DNA of 64,000 nucleotides from Eledone cirrhosa (Eukaryota). The stretch covers positions 25,668,001 through 25,732,000 of the forward strand of contig OZ024755.1 in the NCBI GenBank assembly GCA_964016885.1, given 5' to 3'. Below are positions 41,626-54,522 of the stretch, piece by piece. The position numbers were made by a program, and so were the translations under genes. The notes under the pieces are model-generated. The model searched no databases. It saw nothing but the letters and a program-made list of their open reading frames with translations, and was not told the DNA's origin. Each line of letters begins with the position of its first letter. Positions within the stretch are counted from its first letter, which is position 1.

Positions 41626-41754
41626 TGACGTCATATATTCAATCCCATAATTTACCGGAACCGGAAACTAAAATATATTACGTATCCGGTCAACCACGCC
41701 CTCTATGACAGAGCACCGACCGGTTTGATTTGAGGGTTTTTTTCCGAAGTAAGT
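41626..41754 (+). promoter_or_regulatory. Candidate Pol II promoter and first exon
   Basis: TGACGTCA at 41626, tandem ACCGGAA at 41654-41667, CCACGCCC at 41694 and a GTAAGT donor at 41749, with local CpG retention. Confidence 0.35.
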
Positions 41755-42289
41755 TTCCCTTGAAATATTTCACTGTGTAATTTTTCTTTTGTCTCCGATG
41801 CTTTTATCATTAATATATATATATACACATACATACATACGAAGGTGGGTGTGTATTCATTCGTTTCGTTGTTATTCCTACTCATAAATATATATATATA
41901 AATATATTCCAATGAAAACCCGATTCATATATTCCAAACACAAAATTCCTACCTTGTCTTTTTAATTCCCATTTTCTCTCTCCCACAACCGTCTACTATA
42001 AAATCTATCGTTACACCTAAGAACATTGTCATTATATATATACATATGTATATATATATATATATATATATGCATGCATGTATGAACAAGTTTACTCGTT
42101 TAGCAAGTGACTGATTCTGAGAGTCATTAAAACTTCGTTTTCTTTTTTCCCGTTTTTCCTACTCTCAATAATGATAATAATATATTAACTGTCAATCTTG
42201 TCCTACATTTTACATGTTGGTCAGATCTCACGTAGATGGAACACAAAATAGTTATCGCACACAACGCACACACCCACTATATATATATA

Positions 42290-42617
42290 TATCTGTATGT
42301 GGTTGACGGCTGAGAGAAAGGAGTACTCAATATCGAAATAGAGTTTTAATATTCATTATTATTGGTGAATTGGCAGTATCGTTAGAGGGTCGGACGCTAT
42401 ACTTTGGCGCATAGAGTTACGGCCCTTGCCATTCTGAGTTCAAATCCCGCCGAGGTTAACTTTGCCTTTCATCCTTACGGGGTCGATAAAATAAAGTACC
42501 AGTAATGTACTGGGTAACTGCTGGCCTTGTGCCAATAGTAGAAACAATTATTATTAAAGCTAAATAGTGATCTTGTTACTCTGGAATTTTGCCTGTTTGT
42601 CACAGGATCATCAATAT
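42290..42617 (-). mobile_element. Family F module interrupted by a SINE2 (42363-42553, +)
   Basis: The two flanks join into a copy of the 25556-25692 sequence. Confidence 0.75.
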
Positions 42618-43106
42618 ATATATGTATATTGTTCTTATTATTTCTTCGCTTAGCTTCTAACGCTGGAGATATATTATATTGTTAGCTGTTCACTACCAGT
42701 AAACTGGGATAATACCCCTTATTCTTCGACCTCCGGAGTTATATATAGTACAATGGTGTATTATATTTTGACAGTTGTGAATATATACGTGTATGAAAGA
42801 CAGCGAACCATGTAGTCTCACCTTAAAGTTCATTGAAGATCAAAGTTCCTTCCACGTCCTCCATGCTCTATTTTAATCGATTTTGATTATTATAAATTTA
42901 TTTTGCTTCTCTTATGAAAAGCTGCCACGATTCATATATATTTATTCGTAAACATGTATATTATTCGATATACAAACCTTACATACATGTATATATGTAT
43001 ATATATAAACACGGGGCGTCTCCCAAAAATGTATACACACTTTGATTAGAAAGCTGAAATGTGTATACATTTTTTGTGTCATCCCCCCCCCCACCCCCCA
43101 CACACA

Positions 43107-43500
43107 CGTTTTCGAGTACGGCCACTACTTTATATCCATGTAGGAGAACCCCTACCGATGCGCTGAACGAGTGTGACTTTTTAGTCCAGCCAGCGACTTG
43201 AAAACTCTGGTACAAACACTACATTTGTGACAATTACTGACACATAGTGCTGGGCCCATGGTACCATGTGACGACAAGTGCAGAGAGATCTCCAGATATA
43301 AAGCAGTGCCTGTGCCGTGAAGCTTTTATAGTGAGCAAAGGCACTGCACAAAGCCAGTCCCACTCTCTTAACCAAGATGATATTTACCAAAAAGAAGAAC
43401 AAGTCAACATCATTGGATACTATCAGGGTTGAAGGTGTTATATCAGTTTTCCTTCTCCTAGAATTCTGCCTTGACAAAGGCTAAGGGGTCATCTCTCCCA
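43107..43500 (-). mobile_element. Family A retroposon, longest 5' end
   Basis: Matches the 22488 copy; head gtcaaggcagaattctaggagaaggaaaactg. Confidence 0.75.
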
Positions 43501-43535
43501 TACATACATGCGCACACGCACACGCACACGCACAC

Positions 43536-43581
<46 letters not shown>

Positions 43582-43740
43582 GCGCGCGCACACACACACA
43601 CGCACACGCACATATATATATATATATATATAGTAGTCATTTCCAGAGGTTGACTGACGAGATGGGATTGTCCGTGTTTCCTTCGTCTTTGTCCTGTGCG
43701 CCTCCTGGTTTGAATATATATCTATCTCTATATATATAAA

Positions 43741-43776
43741 CTAGTCAAATTACCCCCCGAGACGGGGATAATTTAA
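43741..43776 (-). mobile_element. Helitron-like 3' terminus (extent unknown)
   Basis: GC hairpin followed by CTAG|T on the minus strand; inverted repeat nearby at about 44081-44123 and 44284-44330. Confidence 0.4.
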
Positions 43777-44544
43777 ATAGACACCTACCAGTATCGAACC
43801 GCTTATCTGCATTTTTCAAACTTGTCCTATATCTTCTTAAATTTGTCACTAATTATTTTTATTTATTTATTTATCTGTATCCATTTCCTCACTCCACATA
43901 TACACTGATCTTCTGGACATGATAGCCACAACATCCATCCCCCACCTTTGTTAATCAATCTCCACCTCCCAGAATTTTGTATTCTCTGCATCAGAAAATT
44001 CTTGTTTATACGTTGTTGTTGTTTTTTTTGTGTGCTTATGTTTTTAAGAGTTTTGGGGGTGGTTTTGATAATTCTTCTTGTTTTATACTCAGACAACGTC
44101 CAGTAATTTCCGTGCGTGGAAATTATTATAATTTATAATAACCATAGGCGTAATTTACACTTTCGAAAATGTATCCTTGTAAAATATACATTAAGAGGAA
44201 ACGAAGTCGGGTGGAGCTACTAAAATGTAATTATTTATATCTAGATTACGATTATTTTTATTAAATATATTTTTTTAGATTGACATTTTCACTCACGGAA
44301 ATTACCGGAAGTTGTCTGTGAGCATAAAACGAAGGATTATGCTCGGTTTTTCTCATGTTTACACTTCCTCTCTTTTCCTCTCTTTCTTCCTCATTCCCTC
44401 TCTCTCTCTCTCTCTCTCTCGCCTCCAAATATGATTATTATTTCTTACTACTTTATAGCAAACCATAATAAACGCCCACCAGAAACATGAATACATCGAA
44501 AATGCTGCCTAATTTATTACTGATTTCGTTTTACTAATATATAT

Positions 44545-44922
44545 TTTCTATATAGTTCACCTCCAGATATACCAAATATCCTCTTTATATTACACTGCCA
44601 GATGTATCACAGATATCCTCTCTATAGTTCACCTCCAGATGTACAGAATATCCTCTCTATATTACACAGATGTGTCACGTATATCCTCTCTATATTACAT
44701 AGATGTATCACATATAACTCCCCTATATTACACAGATGTGTCACATATATCCTCTATATTATACTTACAGATGTCACATCCTCTCTATATTACACAGATG
44801 TGTCACGTATATCTTCTCTATATTACATAGATGTATCACATATAACTCCCCTATATTACACAGATGTGTCACATATAGCCTCTATATTACACAGATGCCA
44901 CATACATCCTCTCTATATTACA
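44545..44922. repeat. Minisatellite, about 35-bp unit
   Basis: Variants of atatcctctctatattacacagatgtgtcac. Confidence 0.9.
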
Positions 44923-45176
44923 GCTCTCATAGTTTTGTTTGTCCTATTTTCAAGAATGTATCCATCCCATTTATCAATTATCCTGTCAGAACAATGTTAT
45001 TATTGTTTAACTGTTCATGATGATGTTGGTGGTGATGGTGATTGTAGTGGTGGTAAGGAGGCAGTGGTGTTTAGATGAAAGTATATTTTTAATGTGACTA
45101 CTCATTCCATTTAATGTAGTTGTGATTATATATATGTCTGTGTGTGTGTCTCTCTCTCTATCTATCTATCTATCTA

Positions 45177-45225
<49 letters not shown>

Positions 45226-46239
45226 TTGTTTGGCTTGGTACTCAAAACTTAGTATGTAGAAATTATAAGATAGGATGCCTAGCACTGAATTTTAAACTGT
45301 TTGAACTTAATTCTACTGCTTCTATTAATGGCGAGTTTAACCTTTTTGATACCAAACCATCTGAAATCAGTCCCTAGTTCTGTGATACAAAGCTGTTTAT
45401 TTTAATGGTCAGTTTAATCCTTTTGATACCAAACCGCTTGAAATCAGCCCCAAGTTGTGTGATGCAAAGCTGTTTATTTTAATGGCCTATTCATATTTAT
45501 CATAAAATCTCATTGCCATATTTTTAATGGAAGGGTTAAAGACATGGGCAATGTCTTTTTATTAGAAATATAGCAATGAAAGGGTTAAAGATATAAATTT
45601 GATATATTTGATGTACATTTCATTTAATATTCTTCATTGATAATATTTTAAATTGTTTGGTTTCTTTTGTTTTAAAGTTGCCTGTCAGTAAAAAGATTGT
45701 AGGAGCACAAGAAAGGGCAGCTTTACCCTTCAAATGTAGCCATTTCATAAACCCTTAGTTTACATAACTAATGTTCTGGTAAAAAGCATGAACATCACAC
45801 AATCTCAAATCTACCACAAACTTCATTGTCCCTACCACCACACACACACATATTCTGTAAACCCTAGAACTGAGGGAATGTATGCCTTGGATTGAGAAAT
45901 CAATATTGAAACTGAACTGGGTATCGATTCAAACAATCTGACGCAAATACTTGATTTACAAACATCCCATAGCTAAATATTTGCCATTGTCACACACACA
46001 CACCCTCTCTTTCTCACTCTCTCAACCAAACACACTCCCTCTCTCTCTCTTTCTCACTCTCTCAACCACACAGACACACATACTCTCACTCAATCTCATT
46101 CACATGTTCTCATTCTCACACACTCTCACTCAATCTCATTCACATGTTCTCACTCTCACACACTCACTCACATAAGATAGAGTAAATCTATTAAGATGAT
46201 AAAAATGTCACACAAACAGTTTCACTATCATTAATATAT

Positions 46240-46428
46240 GGCGGTGGACTGGCAGTATCGGTAGAGAGTCGGACGCCATGCTTTGACGCATAGAGTTACG
46301 GCCCTTGCCATTCTGAGTTCAAATCCCGCCGAGGTTAACTTTGCCTTTCATCCTTACGGGGTCGATAAAATAAAGTACCAGTAATGCACTGGGTAATTGC
46401 TGGCCTTGTGCCAAAAGTAGAAACAATT
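46240..46428 (+). mobile_element. Full-length SINE2 with TSD
   Basis: A and B boxes; attaatatatg on both sides. Further copies at about 16330, 48478 (-), 50165, 56125, 56390 and 63636. Confidence 0.9.
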
Positions 46429-46679
46429 AATATATGGGAGTTGGATAACATTAATTTTGAAATAAAATTAAATTCCTTAGATAAAATATTATATAAACAG
46501 ATGTGTTAATCATTTGCATATGTACTTAGTACACATTTCTGGTGTTGGTTAAGGTCTGCCTCATACTGTTGATGTTTAGGTTTAATGGTGTAAAGTTAAA
46601 GTCAATTCATTACATTATCCTTTGAGGATTAATAAAGTATCAATTATGTACTGGGGATTGATCTAAATTACTGGCCATG

Positions 46680-47400
46680 TGCCAATGTTCTTCTTCGCTC
46701 ACTTATTCTGGAGAGGGTCATGGGGGCAATCCTCGAACACTCCTTCCCGTGGGTCCTGTTAGATGCAACCATCTCCAATTGATCTGGCTGGATCCCCAAG
46801 CGAGATCAGCCAAGCTCAGGTATGTTATCCAACCATCTTGCTATGGGTTTCCTGCCAGTTGGTTTTATCTGTAAAATCTGTCCATCGATTCTTTCCTGAG
46901 ACATTCTAACCACATGCCTGCAGTAGCTCTACCTGGAATGACTCTCTGATCGCCAAGCTATGCACTCAACGTTAGTCCAAAGACCCTTTGGAGGAACCCC
47001 ATTTCGGCTGCTTGTATCCACGATCATATTCTTTTGACCATTACCCAAGATTTATGACCACAGGAAAGGGTTGGCATGAATACCAAATAGAAGATAGTGA
47101 GTTGAGCTATTACACCTACCTCCCTTCTTCCTAATACTGAAGCTGGTGCATTACTGCAACAGCTCCTGCAATTCTTGCATTTAATTCATCCTCTTGCCTC
47201 CCATCACTCGTGAACATGGCCCCAAAATACTTGAACTTCTCCACCTGCTTCAGTGGAAGTTCATTCACATGTAGTGTACTCCACAGGCTTTCTTGTGAGG
47301 ATGTATGTCTGTCTTTGCAGCACTTATTTTCATTCCAGCCATGCAGCACTCAGCATCAAACCTATTAAATGCATGCTTGAGATCACCTTTTGACAAGGAA
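46680..47400 (-). mobile_element. RTE-like LINE C-terminal fragment
   Basis: LHVNELPLKQVEKFKYFGAMFTSDGRQEDELNARIAGA. Confidence 0.8.
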
Positions 47401-48097
47401 TGTCCTCTGCAAATTCCAGTTGACTGATCCTACACCCACCAGTCGAATATAAATTGGAACCCGAGCCAAAAAGTTCGTTTCCCTACAGGAAACGAACTTT
47501 TTGGACCCGGGTTCTAATCTCATTTTGCAGCTTCCATCGCCACCTTCTCCTGAAAATATAATACTTCAAATTTAAGCGTTAAGAAGAAACAAATATAATT
47601 GCCGTTATTGTTGTTAATTTCTCTTCAAATATATAAAAACGACACGGTCTTCTTTTTTATTCACTATAATCAATGTATTTACATATATTTTCCCATTTCA
47701 TGTAATATATAAAATAACAACAACTCTACCAATTCAGCTGTTCTCTTGTTAATCTTTCTACACCGGTTAAACATTGCTTCTCTCTCACTGTGTTTCTCTC
47801 CCTCTCTCTCTCTTAATCTCTGCCTTTCTATTCCCCTTCCCTACTTCCACTTTCATTTTCTGAGCTGGCGCACTGTATTTCCTTTGTTGTTTAAACCTCT
47901 CTTAATTGGAAGGAAAGGATCGGAGCTATTTCAGGGCAGATATAATATAATATATACTTTGGAGACGAGAGGACATTATCATTCAGTTGACACCTTTTTA
48001 CATCGTATGTATATATTAATAATTTAAATTGATTCTTATACAATACACTGTTTAGAATGTTCGGATACTTACTATACCTTTTTGTCCGTCTATGTAC

Positions 48098-48134
<37 letters not shown>

Positions 48135-48191
48135 TGCTGTATAAACAGAATAGTCGGAATATATATTTTATATATATCTATATATATATAC

Positions 48192-48259
<68 letters not shown>

Positions 48260-48407
48260 TTGTATAAACAGAATAGTCGGAATATATATCATTATGTATA
48301 CACTTCTATATAAACAGAATATTGTACGCAATATATATTAGATAATGTATAATGTATATTTCATTCTGCACTGTTTAGAATTTGGGTCTACTGTCTTGTC
48401 AGTTCTG

Positions 48408-48468
<61 letters not shown>

Positions 48469-48687
48469 GTGTGTGTATTATAATTGTTTCTATTTTTGGC
48501 ACAAGACCTGCAATTAACCAGTGCATTACTGGTAGTTTATTTTATCGACCCCGTAAGGATGAAAGGCAAAGTTAACCTCGGCGGGATTTGAACTCATATA
48601 TATATACACATATATATATATATTATAATAGAATATAAAAGAAAAAATATATATATATATATACTCTTATATAAACAGAATAGTCGG

Positions 48688-48730
<43 letters not shown>

Positions 48731-49369
48731 GGGGGGGGGACATTGCTATATAAAAAAAGATTCAATGAAATATGCATTAATATTAAGCTTATGTTTGAAG
48801 CTGTTCTATATTTTGATATTTTAAACTAATATCGAATGCTCTGTGTTTGTGTATATGTATATATACTGCTTTATACCCAGTATACGATGAAATACGTATA
48901 TTAAATATCGTATATGTTAACGTATCTGTATATTTTGATGTGGGTGTATAGTTGAAATTTCGGGAAATTCTCAACAATATATTTACATGCTTTAGAAATT
49001 ATCATTATTATCAGCGATCGCCATTCCACTTCCTATAGAAATATTTTAATTAGAATCAGTATATGTATTAATTAATTAATATACAGTTGCTCATACGTTT
49101 GGTATTTTTATTCTATATTATTATTTTTAGTATCGTTATTATAGATGAGGCTATGGATTGGCAGTATCAATAGAGCCACCCATCTCTGAAACGTTCGTAA
49201 CTGAACATAATCAATAAAAACCTAAATGTGTAACGTCGTTTTTGTTCTTTATATATGTATATATACACACACACACATATGCATGTATGTGTGTGTGTAT
49301 ATATATATATATACGCACACACGCACGCACACACACATACATATATGCATGTATATATATATATAGAGA

Positions 49370-50023
49370 GAGGCACATGGCTTAGTGGTTAGAGCATTGG
49401 CCTTGCAATCGAAAGGTTGTCAGTTCAATTCTCAGACCGGGTGATGTGTTGTTTCCTTGAGCAAGACACTTTATTTCACATTGCTCCAGTTTACTCAGCT
49501 GTAGAAATGAGATGATAGGGACTGGGGTCCCTATCATTCCACTGCAAAGTGGTCGTGTAGGTGCCATGGCAAAAACGACCCAGCACTCACTGTAAATGAG
49601 GTTGGTGTTAGGAAGGGCATCCAGCTGTAGAAAGCAAGCCAGAATCAGTTCCCGTCCCACCCTTGCAAGCAGGGAAAAGTGGACGTAAAATGATGATGAT
49701 GATGATATATATATATATACATGTATGTGTGTATACATATATACATATATGTATACATATATATGTATATATACATATATATATGTAGATGCCACGACAA
49801 AAAGCACCCAGTCCACACCGTAAACTGGTCGTGCAGGTGTCACGACAAAAAGCACCGAGCCCACACTGTAAAGTGGTCATGTAGGTGTCACGACAAAAAG
49901 CATCCAACACAGTGTAAATGTGGTTGGCGTTAGGAAGGGCATCCAGCTGTAGAAATCAAGCCAGAATCAGTTCCTGTCCCACCCTTGCAAGCAGGGGAAA
50001 AGCAGACGTAAAATGAAATGATG

Positions 50024-50025
<2 letters not shown>
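49370..50025 (+). mobile_element. Full-length tRNA-derived SINE1 (49370-49705) plus partial copy (49785-50025)
   Basis: A-box tggcttagtgg, B-box agttcaattct, gttaggaagggcatccagctgtag segment and (GAT)n tail. Confidence 0.9.
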
Positions 50026-50055
<30 letters not shown>

Positions 50056-50629
50056 AAGCTATCGCCGTATTTAGGCTAAATAATTTCTCTAATTTCTTTA
50101 GTCAAAATACGGCGATAGCTTACATTTATAATAATTTCAAACTCGCTCGCTGATTCGAAAATATTGGATTGGCGGTATGCTTTCCAGCATAGTTACGTTC
50201 CTGAGTTCAAATCCCGCCGAGGTTGACTTTGCCTTTCATCCTTACGGGGTCGATAAAATAAAGTACCACTAATGCACTGGGTAATTGCTGGCCTTGTGCC
50301 TAAAGTAGAAACAATTATTATTACTTGATATATATATATTATATATATACACACACACAAAATAGAAGATGCTTTCATTATTCCAATCTCTTATGTTATT
50401 TTCACTTCTGTGTTGACCTACATCAAATGTACTTTTAACTCGATTGTTTTAACACAACACATTATTTTTACTGCTTCCTAAACAATGCTATAATTTCATG
50501 TTTAGCACACAATGATTCAGTGGCCCACATTATTAAAATTGTGTTGGGTTATGTAAGTAGAAGTTGTGTGAAATATTAACTATTATTTAATAGGTTCACA
50601 TTAGACAACAAAAACAATAAGTTGCGTGA

Positions 50630-51090
50630 GAAACAGAATATGTTATACATAACCGGATTAACGATGTGTAACATAGATAAAACTGTTACATAACCCGATT
50701 AACGATCTGTGACATAGATAAAATAATATATTACATAACATGATTAATGATGTGTGACATACATAAAAGGATATATTATATAACATGATTACTGATGCAA
50801 CATATACATAAAAGCATGTATTGCATAAATTGATTAAAGGTCTGTGACATGAAATATATTACATAACCTGATTAATGATGTGTGACAGAGATAAAATAAT
50901 ATATGACATAACATGATTAACTGTGTGACAGAGAACATGATTAACAATGTGTGGCATACATAATGTATTACATAACACGATTAATGATGTGTGACATACA
51001 TAAATAATATATTACATAACATGATAAATGAAGTGTGATATAGATAAAATATCATATTACATAACTTGACTAGCGATGTGTGACATATAT
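50630..51090. repeat. Degenerate minisatellite, about 46-bp unit
   Basis: Variants of attacataacatgattaatgatgtgtgacat. Confidence 0.85.
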
Positions 51091-51092
51091 TA

Positions 51093-52110
51093 GTCTTGAG
51101 AGCACCTCTCTCACCTGTCCTAATCATATATTCGTTCTATATAACCTGACAGATAAAATATCAACTTTGGTCTTGAGAGCACCTCTCTCACCTGTCCTAA
51201 TCATATATTCATACTATATAACCTGACAGATCAAATATCAACTTTAGTCTTGAAACCACCTCTCTCACCTGTCCTAATCATATATTCATACTATATAACC
51301 TGACAGATCAAATATCAACTTTGGTCTTGAAACCACCTCTCTCACCTGTCCTAATCATATATTCATACTATATAACCTGACAGATCAAATATCAACTTTG
51401 GTCTTGAGAGCACCTCTTTCACCTGTCCTAATCATATATTCATACTATATAACCTGACAAATCAAATATCAACTTTGGTCTTGAGACCACCTCTCTCACC
51501 TGTCCTAATCATATATTCATACTATATAACCTGACAGATCAAATATCAACTTTGGTCTTGAGAGCACCTCTTTCACCTGTCCTAATCATATATTCATACT
51601 ATATAACCTGACAAATCAAATATCAACTTTGGTCTTGAGACCACCTCTCTCACCTGTCCTAATCATATATTCATACTATATAACCTGACAGATCAAATAT
51701 CAACTTTGGTCTTGAGAACACCTCTTTCACCTGTCCTAATCATATATTCATACTATATAACCTGACAGATCAAATATCAACTTTAGTCTTGAAACCACCT
51801 CTCTCACCTGTCCTAATCATATATTCATACTATATAACCTGACAGATCAAATATCAACTTTAGTCTTGAAACCACCTCTCTCACCTGTCCTAATCATATA
51901 TTCATACTATATAACCTGACAGATCAAATATCAACTTTGGTCTTGAAACCACCTCTCTCACCTGTCCTAATCATATATTCATACTATATAACCTGACAGA
52001 TCAAATATCAACTTTGGTCTTGAGACCACCTCTCTCACCTGTCCTAATCATATATTCATACTATATAACCTGACAGATCAAATACAAAGTTATTCTTGAG
52101 ACCACCTCTC
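51093..52110. repeat. Minisatellite, 77-bp unit, 13 copies
   Basis: gtcttgaga.cacctctctcacctgtcctaatcatatattcatactatataacctgacagatcaaatatcaacttt. Confidence 0.97.
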
Positions 52111-52487
52111 TTTCTCTCTATCTCACCTACTCCATTATAAAACCCATTCCAGATTGCATTTCAATGATACCGCTATTACTAAATTTGCTTTCTTTAGATG
52201 GAACTTTTTTTTAAATTTCAACTTTTTCATTGCATTAGTAATATTAATTCTATTGTATGTTACATGGTAGCAACATCCATGTGTTGTGTCTTTGTGTGGC
52301 TAATTGATCCTTTTAACCTTTTTGATACTAACCCCAGTTCTATGGAACAAATTGTCCATTTTAAAGTGTTTATATTTATTTATCTTAACATAATAACGAA
52401 AAAATTAGTTATATTACTAAATCCTTTACAAATTTTTTATTGTTTTTAAAATGAAGTAAATAATTATAGGTAGTTTTTCATTAGCAA

Positions 52488-52768
52488 TCTATATATAATA
52501 TAAAACAGATGTTGGTTGGTTGGTGTCTTCGTGCATCACACGAAAATGAAAACTGACAAAAAGTACATAAATGGAATAAGGGTATACTCAGGAAGGTTTA
52601 TTAATACTAATTTTATAACATGAAAGAAGAAGAAAAACATCCCGGATATGCTAACCAACTCGACTGCTATTTCTAACAGGATGAGAGACAACCATAAGGG
52701 ACTCTCTCTCTGCATTGTCAGCGATGCTCATGTATCACAGCCAGTTTCCACATGGATTTGAATGCTGG

Positions 52769-52803
<35 letters not shown>

Positions 52804-53357
52804 AGATATATATTATAAAAGATTGGAACGCCCAACATCCTTTTGAGAAACCTGGACCTGCCACATCTATGCGATGGCACACAACACACATGCAGAGGAT
52901 GAACCATCTAGAGGTCACTATTCTTGGAGGCAATCATCAAGGAGAAAATGCATTTATTCCCAAGATTCCTCTCATCCCTTTCTCTACCGAGCTGCCATTC
53001 AAATTCTCAAGATTTCAGTTCCCTGTTAGAGCCAGTTTTGCTATGATCATAAATAAACCTCAAGGTCAGAGTCTCAAAGTCATAAGATTGAATATGAAAC
53101 AATTGGTTTCTACTCCTGGGCAGTTATATGTAGGTTGTTCGTGAGTGGGAACACCTTAGAAATCTTCATATACTATACACGAACGGTAAAACGAAGAATC
53201 TGGTGTTTCTGGAAGGTTTTTGACTTTTTTTTTTTTCTTGCACCATGGTCTTGCTCCATACTGTAAACCAGACAACATATCCAATACAGTTGTTTTCTCT
53301 TCTACCAGTCTTCTCTTATTATCTGTTTACCCAGGAAAAGCTGGGTACCTCAGCTAG
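52488..53357 (+). mobile_element. Non-autonomous Helitron with PIF1 helicase remnant
   Basis: A|TC start, hairpin 53328-53347 and CTAG|T end. Translation LLRNLD..FIPKIPL..FSRFQFPVRASFAMIINKPQGQSL..GQLYVGCS. Confidence 0.85.
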
Positions 53358-53764
53358 TATATTTATAAAAGAATTAAAGTGTTTGTATATATCTAAAAAC
53401 CTTTCATCATAATTTTATGTCCAAACCTTTAACCCTTTAAACACTATCCCAGCCCAAACCTCTGTTTTGAAGTGTTCAAATTTAGATTGAAATCTTATCA
53501 TTGCATAGCTGATACTATAATATTTTAGAGGTTATATATTTGACTTTTGTTCTTAGGTTGAAACTTAGTCGTATCACTGAACCTCGTAAAATTGTTGATT
53601 GTTTTGATAATTAAAACACAAATGCAATATATTCTTGTTAGACATATGATCATGAAGGTATTATGTTACAAACATCAGATACATAATGAGAAAATTAATT
53701 ACATTACTAACTTCCTCCAAATTCTTGAATATTCTCAGTGATTTGAACATTTTAGACAGTGTGT

Positions 53765-53992
53765 TTCATTAGAAATATGGTAATGAAAAGGTTAAAGACA
53801 TAGACAGTGATATCCAATAGAAATATGATAATGAAAGGGTTTAAGACATAGGCAGTGTCTTTCATTAGAAATATGGTAATGAAAGGGTTAAGGGCATAGG
53901 TAGTCTTTCATTAGAAATATGACAATGAAAGGGTTAAAGACAGACAGTGAATTTCATTAGAAATCTAGCAATGAAAGGGTTAAAGACATAGT
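53765..53992. repeat. About 47-bp dispersed minisatellite
   Basis: ttcattagaaatatggtaatgaaagggttaaagacat; inverted array at 61980-62250 and remnant at 45525-45590. Confidence 0.85.
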
Positions 53993-54134
53993 GTTGATGT
54001 CACAGTGGAATAGGGTACCCCTTGTAAAGGTGGACAGGACATAGTGTTGATGACACAGTGGAATAAGGTACCCCCTGATGAAGTAACAGGGAATAAAAGA
54101 TTCTTTGCCCTGATTGGGACTTATCAACATCTTC

Positions 54135-54522
54135 AGTGCTGGTACTGCAATAAAATGCACCCAGTACACTTTTTTAGTGTCACGATAGAATATACTCAGT
54201 ACACTCTGTAAAGTGGTAGTACTTGTGCCACAGTAAGATACACCCAGTACACTCTGTAAAGTGTTAGTGCAGGTGCTACAATAAAATACATCCAGTACAT
54301 TCTGTAAAGTAGTGCTGATGTTACAATAATGTACACCCAGTACACTCTGTAAGGTGGTAGTGCTGGTTTCACAGTAAAATACACCCAGTTCACTGTAAAG
54401 TGGTGGTGCTACTCTGAAATACACTCTGTTAAGTAGTAGTGCTGGTGCCATGATAAAATACATCTACTTTAAAGTGATAGTGGTGGTGCCACAATAAAAT
54501 ACACACAGTACACTCTTTAAAG
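54135..54522 (+). repeat. About 47-bp SINE1-related minisatellite
   Basis: ggtgcca.aataaaatacacccagtacactctgtaaagtggt; similar units at 40530-40680 and 49790-49920. Confidence 0.8.

Noticed and set aside
45678-45755. Possible second exon for the 24252 exon
   Set aside because: It has an acceptor-like site but no convincing donor or recognisable product.
49370-49445. tRNA gene
   Set aside because: The A/B boxes continue into a multi-copy SINE body, and there is no clean cloverleaf.
52869-53144. Cellular PIF1 helicase gene
   Set aside because: A disrupted fragment bounded by Helitron termini.
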